Positions 1-12,180 of a DNA stretch of 64,000 nucleotides are shown one piece after another. Made by a program: the position numbers and the translations under genes. Position 1 is the first letter of the stretch. Each line of letters starts with the position of its first letter. This DNA comes from Psilocybe cubensis (lineage: Eukaryota): positions 3,906,001 through 3,970,000 of the forward strand of contig CM039001.1 of the NCBI GenBank assembly GCA_017499595.2, in the 5' to 3' direction. The notes below the pieces were generated by a model. The model was not told where the DNA came from, ran no database searches, and saw only the letters and a list, made by a program, of their open reading frames with translations.

Positions 1-673
1 AAATCAGACACCACTATATCGCATTAACGTGGAACTCGATCTGAATCCATTTCTCCCCGTTTCATATGTGACCAAGATCATACGGTATGGTGTCAATCCT
101 CCCGAAAGTCTCGTCGCAGAGTTTGCGTGAGTGCGTTATCTATTTCTCTTCATTGACAATACCATTCATGAATTCAATTTTAGAATCGCATTGAATAACA
201 AGCGGGCGGTGTTGAGGATGGGAGATACGTCTACACGGCTGTCGAATGTTTTGTACAGCGTCCACAAGTCTCCAGTAAGCCTCATGTGATTTAGGTCGTT
301 TCCGGTGGAATTGTATAAATCATGTTGCAGAAACACTTCAACTGGATTCTCGCACATCAATTGCATTGGGACTGCCGTGAGGTTTTGAGAGATGGATCAC
401 CATTATGTATCGTAGGTACCGTCTTTTTGTTCACGATATGTCACTAAACCCCCTGTATGACCTAAGTGCTACTTACCTGCGCCAAAGGACCCGTCTCTCC
501 CCGCAGATTCGTCTTCCAATCAAAGTATTAAGATCGCACAATTCATTCCACCACCCCCAGACAGATCACCTCCTCACCCCGATGCGACTCTGACCGTCTA
601 CCCAACTGGCCATCAAATCATGGATGAAATCATTGTCTCGGCACTGGTCGTCGAGCGAATGCTTACTAGATAA
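1..673 (+). CDS. 3' part of a spliced hypothetical protein, DUF6593-like
   Basis: Four exons joined at GT-AG sites read NQTPLYRINVELDLNPFLPVSYVTKII...KHFNWILAHQLHWDCR...LTVYPTGHQIMDEIIVSALVVERMLTR*, with the stop at 671-673. The C-terminal 'D.IIVS.L..ER' resembles the agaric DUF6593 family. The start lies upstream of the window. Confidence 0.7.
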
Positions 674-836
674 AGCGCAGACTACGATGAACGCACAGAA
701 TTATCGATATACTACTAAATTCTTAAAAAGCTGATTCAGCTTTAGCGGCCTGTACGGCCATTCACCAATCATTGAGGAAACGGAGAGACTTCGCGACAAT
801 TGAATTGACCTACTAGAAAATTTTCAGCTCTGGACA

Positions 837-1182
837 CACGCCGGACAAAAATGCTGACCAGTTAGCCTGGGTGTTGTCCTGACCAGTGACGTGACTAGTA
901 CCGTGACCAATTACATAGCGTCACATATATGTTGTCACGCTAATTCATTATTAGTAGACTCGACAGTAAATGGCAAATTACTTGATTGTCTTGCGTTAGA
1001 ACTCAGTTCGGAGTAGGAAGAAGTATTAAACAATCAAGTAATATGTTATTTACTGTTGAGCCTACTAATAATGACTTAGCGTGACAACATATGTGTGACA
1101 CTATGTAATTGGCCACCGTACTAGTCACGTCACTGGTCAGGACAACACCCAGGCTAACTGGTCAGCATTTTTGTCCGGCGTG
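837..1182. mobile_element. 346-bp foldback MITE with CACG termini and 3-bp TSD (CMC/CACTA-like, non-autonomous)
   Basis: Arms of about 150 bp (837-989 and about 1031-1182) are reverse complements, beginning CACGCCGGACAAAAATGCTGACCAG. ACA flanks both ends (834-836, 1183-1185). Confidence 0.85.
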
Positions 1183-1360
1183 ACAGCGAGGGAGGCCCGA
1201 ATACCTGGCATCAACCAAGTCTCTTTTACTGCGCACCTAAGCCCGATTGATGGATGACAGTGATATTCGCAACAGAAGCTATGCTGATTGGAATGGAAGG
1301 GAATGTGTCTACATATAAGCCATAGGAACCCGCTTCGATGTCTAGACTCCCAAGTACAGC

Positions 1361-3193
1361 TTATTTTACACCACGCAAACCCATTCCAACCTTCCGGCTG
1401 ACATGCCCCACAAAGCTCTCGAAAAGTGCCCGATCGTTTCCAAAAATCCACTGATTCTCTACTACATTGACGGGATCAGCATGGGCTGTGTCCGCGAGGA
1501 CTCTACAACTGCAGGTTAGAGCAGGTTGAGAACCAGACAAAATATCGTCTGCGTCCAATGACGCCGGATCAGGTTTTTTACTACTATTCTTGTTCGCCCG
1601 GCTCCTCCGAGCGCTCCTCGACCACGTGTTCTGGCGAGCTTCCACGAAGAAAGAATTTAGTGACGTAGTCGTGTATGAAACACCTTCGATGCCATGCAAA
1701 GTTTCTATTAGTTTTGTGGATACAAGATGTGTTGCAGGGCCAGGGAATGCCTGCACCAGAGTGTTTTTTGGAGGCATACATGGGTATAGAGCATGCTTGG
1801 GTGATATTGATTGAATGCGAGCCATTGTCTGTTCGACATTAATAAGCACTGCATTAGAACACGGGGGTGCGAACTCACGTCTGGCAGTCGAGTATCTGCG
1901 AATGACCAGGCAATCGCCCAGCGGCGCGTTTGGCCTTGCACAAATTCAGTGACGGCGTAGTTCGTTATCTGCATGAGCTATTAGAACGTGGCGCTCCATG
2001 TGAAGGAAAATGGAGCACCGAACGCTGACGCAGCACTTCTACGATAGTAGCTACAGACGACATCTTGCCTAGCATCGATGTATACCATCTAAGGAACTTA
2101 TAATCAGGCGGTGATATAAAGTAGAGGAATTACCCACTTGCATCTAGTCATAAATCGTTCGCTTTCATCCAAGATCTTCATCACGAACCCTTCTTCCCCG
2201 CCATGCGGATATATCATCTCAATGTCTGCTCCTGTACAAACAGCATTGGGAGGAAACTCCTTTGCTTCAGCAGACTGTACAACTTCGGCGGCACTCCCGT
2301 AGAACGGCGGGTTACACATCGTGAATTCAAAAGTACGATCATCCTCAAGAGGGAAGAGAATAGACTGGTCTGGAGAAGCCTTTTCGACGTGTATTCGAGA
2401 TTGCATATTATTGTTTGATATGTTACGTCGAGCAGACTCATACGACTCGTAGTCGATTTCTAGGATAGGTGTTTGCCTAACATATCAATAATTAGACATT
2501 AAGATCAACTCACCTGTCGCCACCATTTCCCAAGTAGCTTCCAATTTGCATATCAGAATGGGATATATAGCTGTCGACCCAGTCCCTCTTATATTGAACG
2601 AATTAGATGTGACTTATTTGATATTCAGATGGCGTACATGTCGATTCCACGAATTGGTCGTGCGCGCGAATGCGATCCAAGCACATCTTCGTGAGCTCGT
2701 ACAATGTCTTGAATCCACAATGCGTAATTAAGCCTATAAGTGACTATCTGTCAGCTCGTTGTCTGTGGTAAGGTTTTGTGACTGTTGACTAACCTATTGG
2801 GTACCTTTTTCCGTTGACCTTCGCTTCAAATCATTGATACGTTGAGGAGACCTAGAAACACGTACCGGCGGGCACAACCGCGTGGATGGGATGTCTAAGG
2901 TGACACCGAAGTCGCGCTGCATGATGGCTTCGGTGAGGCGTCTGTTCTAAATAAACTCAGCGAAAGAGAATCAAAAGGTAGCAGAAGGGGTCAAGATACC
3001 TTTGAGCAGTCTCATCTTTGAAATCGATGGTTGGTTTTCCAGTTTTAGGATCATGTATCAGACTTCCGTCGTTCGCCAGTAAGCTTCAGAGGAGGACAGG
3101 ATACTGTTAAACATACTGTTGTTTGAGTTTGGGGTATGATTCTGATAGCTGTGTAAAGTCCGGTGGAATACGATAAGGATTGCGGACATGCAT
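1361..3193 (-). CDS. METTL16: METTL16/RlmF-family SAM-dependent methyltransferase (probable U6 snRNA m6A methyltransferase; same family as PsiM)
   Basis: Spliced translation MHVRNPYRIPPDFTQLSESYP...[31 protein letters not shown]...FEFTMCNPPFY...GGEEGFV...WYTSMLGK...TEFVQGQTRRWAIAWSF. The NPPF catalytic motif is present. An 11-nt microexon lies at 2794-2804. Confidence 0.92.
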
Positions 3194-3445
3194 GAATATG
3201 AACGTGTGACCCAACCCACTGACGCGGACGCACCGACAGAAACAATGTATTTGATATTATAGCTGCCGCCAAACAACTGTGCCGGCCGATCGCCGATCTT
3301 AAAATTGACGCCGCAAAAAATAGATGTCAATCAGGGGTAAATGCAAAGTTACAAACGCAATGGTTTTGAGAGCGAAGTAAATAAATAGATAGTACAGAGA
3401 GCATACAGCATGGAAGCATTACAAAATTTACTAATTGTTCATCAC

Positions 3446-4172
3446 TTAGGCTGAAGTGGTAGCAGCTTCTGTCTCGGCAATGTAGTGTCGGGCAAAGAGA
3501 TCATTTTGGATCCAGATCACCTGTAACAACAAAAATTGGCGTTTTGGTCTCGGTTGAAGTAGCGAATGAAAAATGTTACCTTGTTTACGGCCCTCATGAC
3601 TGCGTTTTTTGTTGTAATGTCGAGGTCCGGATGGGTGATAACTGCATTGATGACAATGTCCTGGACGTATCCAAGCAAGATACTACAGTGGATATATTCG
3701 ACTCGGAGAGGGGGTTTCGATTTACTGTCGAACAGTTAACCTTTGGTAACAAAGATACGTGAAGTTCATACCGATGCGCAAATCCTGCCTGTCCTGTATG
3801 CATCAAACCGACTTTATTGAGATACTCCCAACTTGATTGCTTTGAATAGTCCATCGTCACTAGCTTAACCAAATATCCTGCCAAAAAATCCTTTCTGAAC
3901 TTGATCTGAGGATGGTCCAATGAAAGATCTGAAGCGTCTGTTGGGGTGACGCCGTCATAACCTGTTTGTCGGGGTACGAAGGACTTGGCGGTGATGTCAA
4001 AGGAGAGTAACTTTTGGTAAACGGCGTCGACGACGGCTGGGACGAGGGGGCCAACGACAGGTGCGGCGGCGTGTAATGCAGCGGCATCTTCAGACGTGAA
4101 TTCTATGAAGTCTCTTAGATATTTAATGCGTGACGGAAGGTCGTTGAGAGATTCTTCGGAAATGTGCTGCAT
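3446..4172 (-). CDS. Protoglobin / globin-sensor domain protein
   Basis: MQHISEESLNDLPSRIKYLRDFIEFT...VVDAVYQKLLSFDITAKSF...YLNKVGLMHTG, then spliced exons ending VIWIQNDLFARHYIAETEAATTSA*. This matches the pattern of fungal single-domain protoglobins. Confidence 0.88.
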
Positions 4173-5842
4173 AGTGGCTTGAGAATAAAGAGAGTGGTAA
4201 GAGGAACTATACTTTTGACTGCCGCAAGTCGCGTCTTTAAATAATGAAAAATCATTATGAACGAGCACCTTTACGTTCGGGATATTGTTCTAGAATGTCT
4301 CCAGACAATTCCCAGACCGTAGCCGAGCTCAACCGAAGCCAAGATATCAGTCATCGGTGAGAACCGCCAAAGATTTAAAATCACTTCGATGACATTGGTT
4401 GGGACTACATGGATCATCCTTCTGCAGGAACGATCGCGCACTTGTCGCAAATGTCGGAAAAAAAAGGAAACAAATTTCTAATATTCTCACGTTTGGGATT
4501 AATGCGTGTACTATTTTTAGACGATACTGTGTCGTTGTCGGACTGTCCACCTGTTAAGCCACAAAGGACAAGGAAGTGGAGGCCTTTCCCCGGGATATGC
4601 TTTAGTACAGAGCATGCAAACATATACAGGGTATCAAAACTATAATCTCTGCAAGTATAGTCTTAATTAATTGTGGTTACCTTGCAGTCATTCTCAGCCC
4701 GACCAGAAAATATACTTACCCCAACTTACTTCTGTTGTCATTATAATAAATCATTCAAACGTTTAAATGAGTACCCCGGTCCATCTATACTAGAAATATG
4801 GCAGATATGTCCATACACCTTGCGAAAATGTGTCAGATATGTCTATATGCCTTGCGATATGTCGCAGTTAACTTCATATGTGCTATCCTATCCTACGATA
4901 GCTTAAATTAAGAAAGACATTGTTCAGGATCTTCTGGACTCTGTGTATTCATGTACCTTCCAGAAAACATTCCGTCATTGAAAATAACTAACTATGGGAA
5001 CCCCTGCAAATTGAGTTGTTCGATAATCATGTCAACGGTTGCTTATCAGTCATCGACCTCTGGGAAAGACATCGTCTTTCTCGACATGCTACGTTTCTTA
5101 ACTATCTGAATACTTACCCTGAATCCTTATAATACGAATAAGTTAGCAAAGATGACCATCCTGACGTCGAATAAGTCATACCAAAACCGAATGCCACCAA
5201 CCCGGATAGCAAGCATGATAAATGCACCTCAGGCTCGGTGTCCGAATAATATCAGTTTAACAGTCTTATACTAAATGCTTTGTGTTGAGGTACTTTAATG
5301 TTTTGTCATAATGTGAACTACTAGTACGCATATTGCTTCTGGCTTGCTCCTGGCATCAAGTTCACGACTCGGCTCAGTCACGAATAATCTTATCTTATCA
5401 AACTCAACTAAAATCTCTTAGTATCTCTCGGCGGGAACCGCGATGATGGAAATTATTCATCTCATTCCCTCATCCTGTCACTTTGCTTGGACTCTCATCC
5501 ATCGAGGTTTAGGGTACCTCCGGCTCAGTATTGTTTCGTCCATGTTAAAATTCAACATCTTCTTTCAATTACTTCGCTTCAGATCCTTTCATCCTTCCAC
5601 CAGGACCAAGGATAAATGTCGGCAGTACAAACTGGTTAGCGGGCCGCCCTCAATGGAGTACCGAGTGGCCCTCATGAAGAAAGGATCACCTGCTTAATTT
5701 CATTCCCTTTATTTGGTGCGCCAGCGCGACAGGACTACATTTGACGTGCATCCTTGTCTTCTGTTTCTTCTCAAAGGTGGAGGATGCATATAAGGCGAGC
5801 CGTCGATGCAAAGACCTTCACTTTAATTTTTCCGCTTGAACG

Positions 5843-8800
5843 ATGAGCGGTTCAAAATCCTTTTCTCTTCTTTTGGCGCTTGTATCGTGCATCCATGTTG
5901 TAGCGGACTTTGGTGTACGTGATGGACTGCATTTCTCTTTGGAATCTAGGGCGACGAACATCGATGGGTCAATCCCGACGTATAAAAACCCAAAAGCTTC
6001 GATTGAGGCGCGCGTCAATGACTTGCTCCCGCGTATGACTATCGAGGAAAAAGTGGCTCAAATGTATGGACCAAAATATTGTCTGCGTTTTCTTGTGTTT
6101 ACCTAATTGTTCTCTGCAGTATTCAGGGCGACCTCAACGGGTGGATGGATCTGTCTGATCCCCTAGATGATACAAAGATATTCAATCAGACTGGATTAGT
6201 GAGCCGAACGCACATTTTTGGATTTTAATGCCTAAATTTGTTAAATACAGGAAGAAATGATGCGATTAAAAGGCGGTAGCATATGGGGAGGTTATCTGGT
6301 ACCATACGACAAGTTTGTTTTCGGCGTCACGGTGGGACAGAAATATTTGATGGAGAATACAACCCTCGGGATCCCTGCACTTATTCAATCTGAAGGTCAG
6401 AAAATTCTATGCAGAATCTAGCACCCTTTTGATAAATAAACTCAGGTCTTCACGGTTTTACCAACAAGGGAACCATATTTCCCTCGCCAATCGGTCTAGC
6501 GGCATCGTTTGATCCCAACTTAGTCTCACAGGTTTCCAATATAACTGCCTCTGAAGCAGAAGGACTAGGTATCAACCACATGTTTGCACCTGTATTAGAC
6601 TTGTCTCGTGAACTTCGCTGGGGACGCGTTGAAGAGAATTTTGGAGAGGACCCTTTCTTGACTGGAGAAATGGGTCATGCTTTCGTTACTGGGCTCCAAT
6701 CGGGCCGACGGAGGAACGCCAGTAGCAATGCTATAGCCCGTGTTGCCGCTACCTGCAAGCATTTCGCTGCTTTCGGGAGTCCTCAAGGAGGATTGTGAGC
6801 CTTCAATGTTGTCATAACAAGGCGTGAAATCCTTACATTATACAGGAATATTGCCCAAGTATCGGGAGGCGAACGCGAATTAAGGACTATGTTCTTGAAG
6901 CCATTCAATCGCGCATGTGTCGAAAGTCTCTCCATTATGACTGCCTATTCGAGCTACGATGGTATTCCCGCGATTGCCAATTCCCGTAGGTCATCCTATC
7001 GTCAATGTTGTCATCGAAGTTCTGATCTTTGTACTCAGATTTGTTGACTGATATTGTTCGTAATTTGTGCATTTAAATGTTCTATCTCTAACGTGATCAT
7101 ATGGTTCATTTTAGCTTCGCAACGAGTGGGGGTATAAATATTGGGTAACAACGGACGCCGGATCTGTGGACCTTCTAATTAACCTCCATGGTACTTGCGA
7201 TACAAGGGAATGCGCTGCAAAGACTGCGTTAGAAAATGGTATCAGCGGAGAGATGGGAGGCGGTCAGTTCACCGATTTATAGTACTAATTGTATTCAACT
7301 GATTAATTCCTACCAGGGACGTACACATACCTCACACTACCTGGTAATTAATCATTGACTGTCTCATGTTACGTGGATGCTCATATCTCACACTGTGCTA
7401 GACCAAATCAAGGCCGGCACTGTCGATGTGAAGTTCCTCGATGCCACTGTCAAGGGAATGTTGAGTGCAAAGTTTGCTCTGGGTCTCTTCGAAAGTTAGT
7501 TTCACTCCCCAATGATCTCGTCTCGAATATTTAACTCACTCTATTTACAAGACCCTTATCCATACGAAGACTACATGTCCTTCATTCGAACTCCTGAATC
7601 AAGGACTGTTCTCCATCAAGCTGACACCGAAAGTATCGTTCTTCTTGAAAATAGAAACAATGTGCTGCCTCTCAAAAAGAACATTGGATCTATCGCTCTT
7701 CTGGGCCCACAGGCTAATCGTGTCACGGTTAGCAAGTTCCTCCTTTCAGTGTCCAATATCTAATTTTTTATGGGCAGTTTGGCGATTACGTATTCTTCAA
7801 CGCTTCTCTGGCTGGCATATCTCCTCTCGACGGATTCAACCAATTCATCACAAATACTTCCAGTAAAACGAAGATTAATTTTGCTCCAGGGTGCGAGCTT
7901 TGGTCAAACGATGATTCGGGTATACCTGCTGCTGTCCAAGCCGCGCAGGCTTCTGACGTCGCAATTGTCATGGTAAGTGACACTTGTGGAAGTTTGGTAG
8001 GCATGCTTATGAACCGTATGTCCAGGTTGGTACGTGGTCCCTTGATCAGACACTGCTGTGGACTCCGGGAACAAATGCCACCACTGGAGAGCATGTCGAT
8101 CTCGCCGATCTTGGTCTTGTCGGTGCTCAACTCAAACTAGTACAAGCAGTAAAGGCCACAGGGAAACCCACCATAGTCGTATTTGTTAGTGGGAAACCGA
8201 TCGCCGAGCCATGGATACAAGAAAGTGGGGAATGAATTTGTGCTTCCCAATAAGCTTTTCATTTAATCATCTGTCCATTAACTCATTAGATGCCGACGCT
8301 GTCGTCCAACAATTCTATCCCGGGGAATTAGGAGGTAATCCTAACTGATCCTCTACCTTCTATGTGAAGATCTATTGATTACCGTCACCTCAGGACTCGC
8401 TATTGCCGAGGTCATTTTTGGCGCGGTGAATCCGTCCGGTAATTATATACACGTACCTTCTAACTTTGATCCATTACCAATACCGCCCCTCGTTAGGTAA
8501 ACTGCCAGTGTCGTTCCCGCGTGACGTTGGAACAACCCCAGTGTTTTACAATTACCTGAAAGGCAGCAGGCCAATTGATGCAGGTCAGGTTTTAGATAAC
8601 GGACAGCTCAAGTTTGGACATCAGGCAAGTCAAGTACACAGTGAATCGTGACGGTCTCCACGTTAACTTACGCTTAATCCGTTTTTCAGTATGTCCTCAA
8701 TAGCCCCGTCCCCCTTTGGAGTTTTGGACACGGCCTGAGCTATACTACCTTCAATTAGTGAGTGCGTTCCATCTGCGTGTCACTGATCCCCTAACAGTAT

Positions 8801-9255
8801 TGTTAGCACCAATTTGAAAGTATCCCCTTCAACGATCAGCGCTAACCAAGATTTCACTGTCACCGTCACAGTTAAAAATACGGGAGAGGTAGATGGAAAA
8901 GAGGTTGTTCAGGTGAATTTATTTTGATTTTACAATCATGCGAATGCTTGACATGACGAATCTGTTATCAGGTGTACATGACCGATGTCGTTAGCTCTGT
9001 AGTCACTCCAAATCAGGAGTTAATTGGATTTCAGAAAGTGGACATCCCGTAAGACAAGTTTCAAGTTTCTGGATACTGTTTCATTGTCATTTCTTTAGGG
9101 CTGGAAAGTCGGTCACTGTTTCCATCAAGGTTCTGTCTTCCCAACTTGCGGTTTGGACTTTGAAGAACACTTGGGTAGTCGAACCAGGGGCATTCAATAT
9201 CAAAGTGGGAACAAGCGATCAGGCATTTGCTACCACGACCTTGACTGTACAGTAA
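5843..9255 (+). CDS. Secreted glycoside hydrolase family 3 (beta-glucosidase/beta-xylosidase) with C-terminal FnIII-like domain
   Basis: Signal peptide, then RVNDLLPRMTIEEKVAQ, RELRWGRVEENFGEDP, ATCKHFAAFG, WVTTDAG (nucleophile Asp), ESIVLLEN, PSGKLPVSFP, FGHGLSYTTF and GKEVVQVY. Many short introns. Stop at 9253-9255. Confidence 0.95.
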
Positions 9256-9385
9256 AATTGTGACATGTGGTACCAAAGTTTACAAGAAATGATATATTTC
9301 TTCTCACTCTTGTTATGCTTCGAACTAGGAGAGGTGAAGCCAATGATGAAGGTACGAATGCTATACAATATGCGGCATTTTTTCA

Positions 9386-10632
9386 TTAATTTTCGACAAT
9401 ATCTGTACTGAATGAAACCTCCTTCCATTCCTCCAGTCGTTCCAGAGCACTTAACGATGCAGTTTTAGCTACATTATAGGCATCAGTTCCTAAGGAAAGT
9501 CCTCTTGGAAACTGTTTTCCTGCAGCCTGGCCCTCGCCTCGTACGAGATCTAAGAGGATGTTGACACCCTTTATTGGGTCACCCGGTTGCTTGCCGTTGT
9601 AAGCTGCAGAGTGGAAGGGATGAGAATTGTCGCACTTGCGTTTGTTAAAACAATTCCCACCTTGTAAAGCGTTTTCTACAGTCTCATTTATTTCCTGATA
9701 ATCAGAGATTCTGGAAACTTGAGGAGCACGCTGATCTGCCTGCAAGAAGGAGGTTCGAAAGTATCCAAAGTCAACACAAATGCTTCTTAATCCAAGGGGG
9801 GAGATTTCATCGTGTAATGTCTCCGCTATGCCTGTTGGAATCTCAGTATGCTAAACCTGATATTTGAAGGCAAAATGAATACCTCGAAGGGCCCATTTGG
9901 TGGCAACATATAAGCCAGCATACGGCGATGATCTAGGTGAATAGGAATCTTGAGCACTTGCCAAATCTATGCCACTTCTGAGAAACTTACTTCCAACCTC
10001 CAAGTGATCCGATGAATAAGACGGTTCCAGTCCGTTTTTCTCTCATATATGGCAGAAAAGCCCGACTGACATTGAGGGCTCCAAAAACATTAGTGCTAGG
10101 TACTGATGGTAAGTTGAAAAGATAAAGCCGCGCTCGTCTGTCCCTCACTTGAACTGATCATAGGTTTCTTGGGGTCTAAAAGTACAAGAAAATTTGCATT
10201 AGTATTGGAGTCCTATCAGTAAGTAAAATAACTTACGTGCTTTCCTCTATAGCGCCAACAAGTATATATCCTAATTCATGTCAAAAACTGTCAACAACTC
10301 GGCTACATGGTGAAACATACCAGCATTGTTGACAAGAACGTCGATTCTTCCATGTATGGCGACCGCTTTTTGCGCAATTTCTTCCAGGGTCTCTAGGGGT
10401 GATGTAACATCTAACTCGATAATATCTGCACCTTTGGATTTGAGATCCTCAAGTTTGCTTATTGATCGAGCTCTGCCAGTCGCAATGACTTTTTCACCTC
10501 TCTTGAGGGCCTCAAGGGCAAGGTCACGACCAATCCCCGACCTGTAAGATATGATTTAGCAAGATAAAGATAGATCTATCATGATTTTGCGTACGATGTC
10601 CCAGTTATAAGCCAGACAAGCTGTGATACCAT
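9386..10632 (-). CDS. Short-chain dehydrogenase/reductase (NAD(P)-binding Rossmann fold)
   Basis: Spliced MVSQLVWLITGTS-SGIGRDLA...GRIDVLVNNAG...NVFGALNV...YAGLYVATKWAL (YxxxK)...QPGDPIKG...LGTDAY. Confidence 0.9.
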
Positions 10633-11123
10633 GCTGTCGATTATTTATGGGGCTGTATGGGGGGATATAAAAGTTAGGAATGCAACTTCTCGAGGGTGGT
10701 TTCGACCTTTTCTATCTGCTCCGATGTCGTCAGTGGTCAGCTGCCAAGACCCTGACTTATTATCGCACTATCACTGTATGACTCATCCTTCCTTGATCTA
10801 TACCGTAGATGGGAACAAGGATTACATAGCATTCTCAATCCATTTCTGAATAGATTCAATGGAAGTAATCACAGACTACAGTCACCCACGATGGATATGA
10901 GCTATGCCGGAATGCCGCTATGTTTACATCGTATTAGGGTACTGATGGCAACTGCGGCATAACGAGCGGAGGATTACGGCACTTCGGCATAAATGTGGCA
11001 GTGCTAAGATAACGAAGCAATTTTTTTATCGCCTTACCGTTCCTTTGCATTTCGAACTATCTTCCCGAGCCTGAAAATTCTTTAAAATACAAACACGCCG
11101 ACGAATATGCCCATTGGATACGC

Positions 11124-12180
11124 ATGATGTGTAGACCCCATCGACCCGTCATCAGCGCCTTGTTAATTGACATCTCGGGGACGCTTCATGTAGGCAAAAC
11201 ACCAACTCCAAAAGCAGTTGACGCATTTCATAGACTCAGAGAGTCATCTATCCCTTTCCGACTCTGTAGCAACTCGAGCAAAGAGTCGTCGACAGACCTC
11301 GCCAAGCGTTTGGAGAGTTTGGGTTTCGAAATCTCCTTCCAGTCTAAGAAGGAAGATTTTGTCTATCCTGGCAGTCACAATTCGCAAATACTATGGACAA
11401 GCATTGCTGCTGCTGCTCAACTTGTCAAGAATATGAACCTTGAAAAGTGAGCGGTATGAGTATATGTCCATGTTCAAAGATTGAGAACTTTTTAGGCCTT
11501 TGTTGCTATTGTCCGAGTCTGCTGCATCAGAAGTATTGTCTCAGTTGTCCCCAAACGGCCGGAGTGCTTTGGAATCCGTCGATAATTGTTATGACTCTGT
11601 CGTTGTTGGACTTTCCCCCTCCTCCTTCGATTATGGTCACCTCAATGAAGCCTTCCGTGTGCTGAAAGGAGAACATAAATGCAAAGTTCATGATCAGCAA
11701 GCCACTCCATCAGTCCCATTGATCGCAACACACAAAGCAAAGTATATTCAAACAGACGATGGTCTATCCCTAGGTCCCGGCCCATTCGTCACGGCACTTG
11801 AAACAGCGACCGGTGTAACTGCACATGTTGTAGGAAAGCCTAGCAAAGCATTCTTTAACATGGTTATCGATGATATCAAATTATCAGAACCACTCAGCGA
11901 CCCTGCCAAGCTTGGCAAAGGGGCCGCCACTAACGACAGGGGCAAGATCGCCGTGATTGGCGACGACGTAGAAGCAGACCTTGGGGGCGGTGCCGTTGAG
12001 CTTGGCCTATGGCGGGTACTAGGTAAGTGCATGTTCAGCACCATGATTTCAACCATGAACGTTCTTCCTTTAGTGAAAACAGGAAAGTACCGGCCAGGCG
12101 ATGAAACAAGAAAAGGGATTGTTCCTCCGGATGAAATTTACGATTCTTTTTCCGACTTTATCGATAGCCTTTTGAAGTAA
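11124..12180 (+). CDS. HAD-superfamily IIA hydrolase (HDHD2/LHPP-like)
   Basis: Motif I LLIDISGTLH, motif II CSNSS, GPGPFVTALE, VVGKP, IGDDVEADLGG and VKTGKYRPGD. Confidence 0.9.

Noticed and set aside
3393-3400. TACAGAGA resembling the METTL16 target UACAGAGAA near the METTL16 gene
   Set aside because: Incomplete match, and antisense to both neighbouring genes.
1361-12180. Psilocybin biosynthetic cluster
   Set aside because: The methyltransferase has the METTL16-type Met and a C-terminal extension. No decarboxylase, kinase or P450 genes are in the window.
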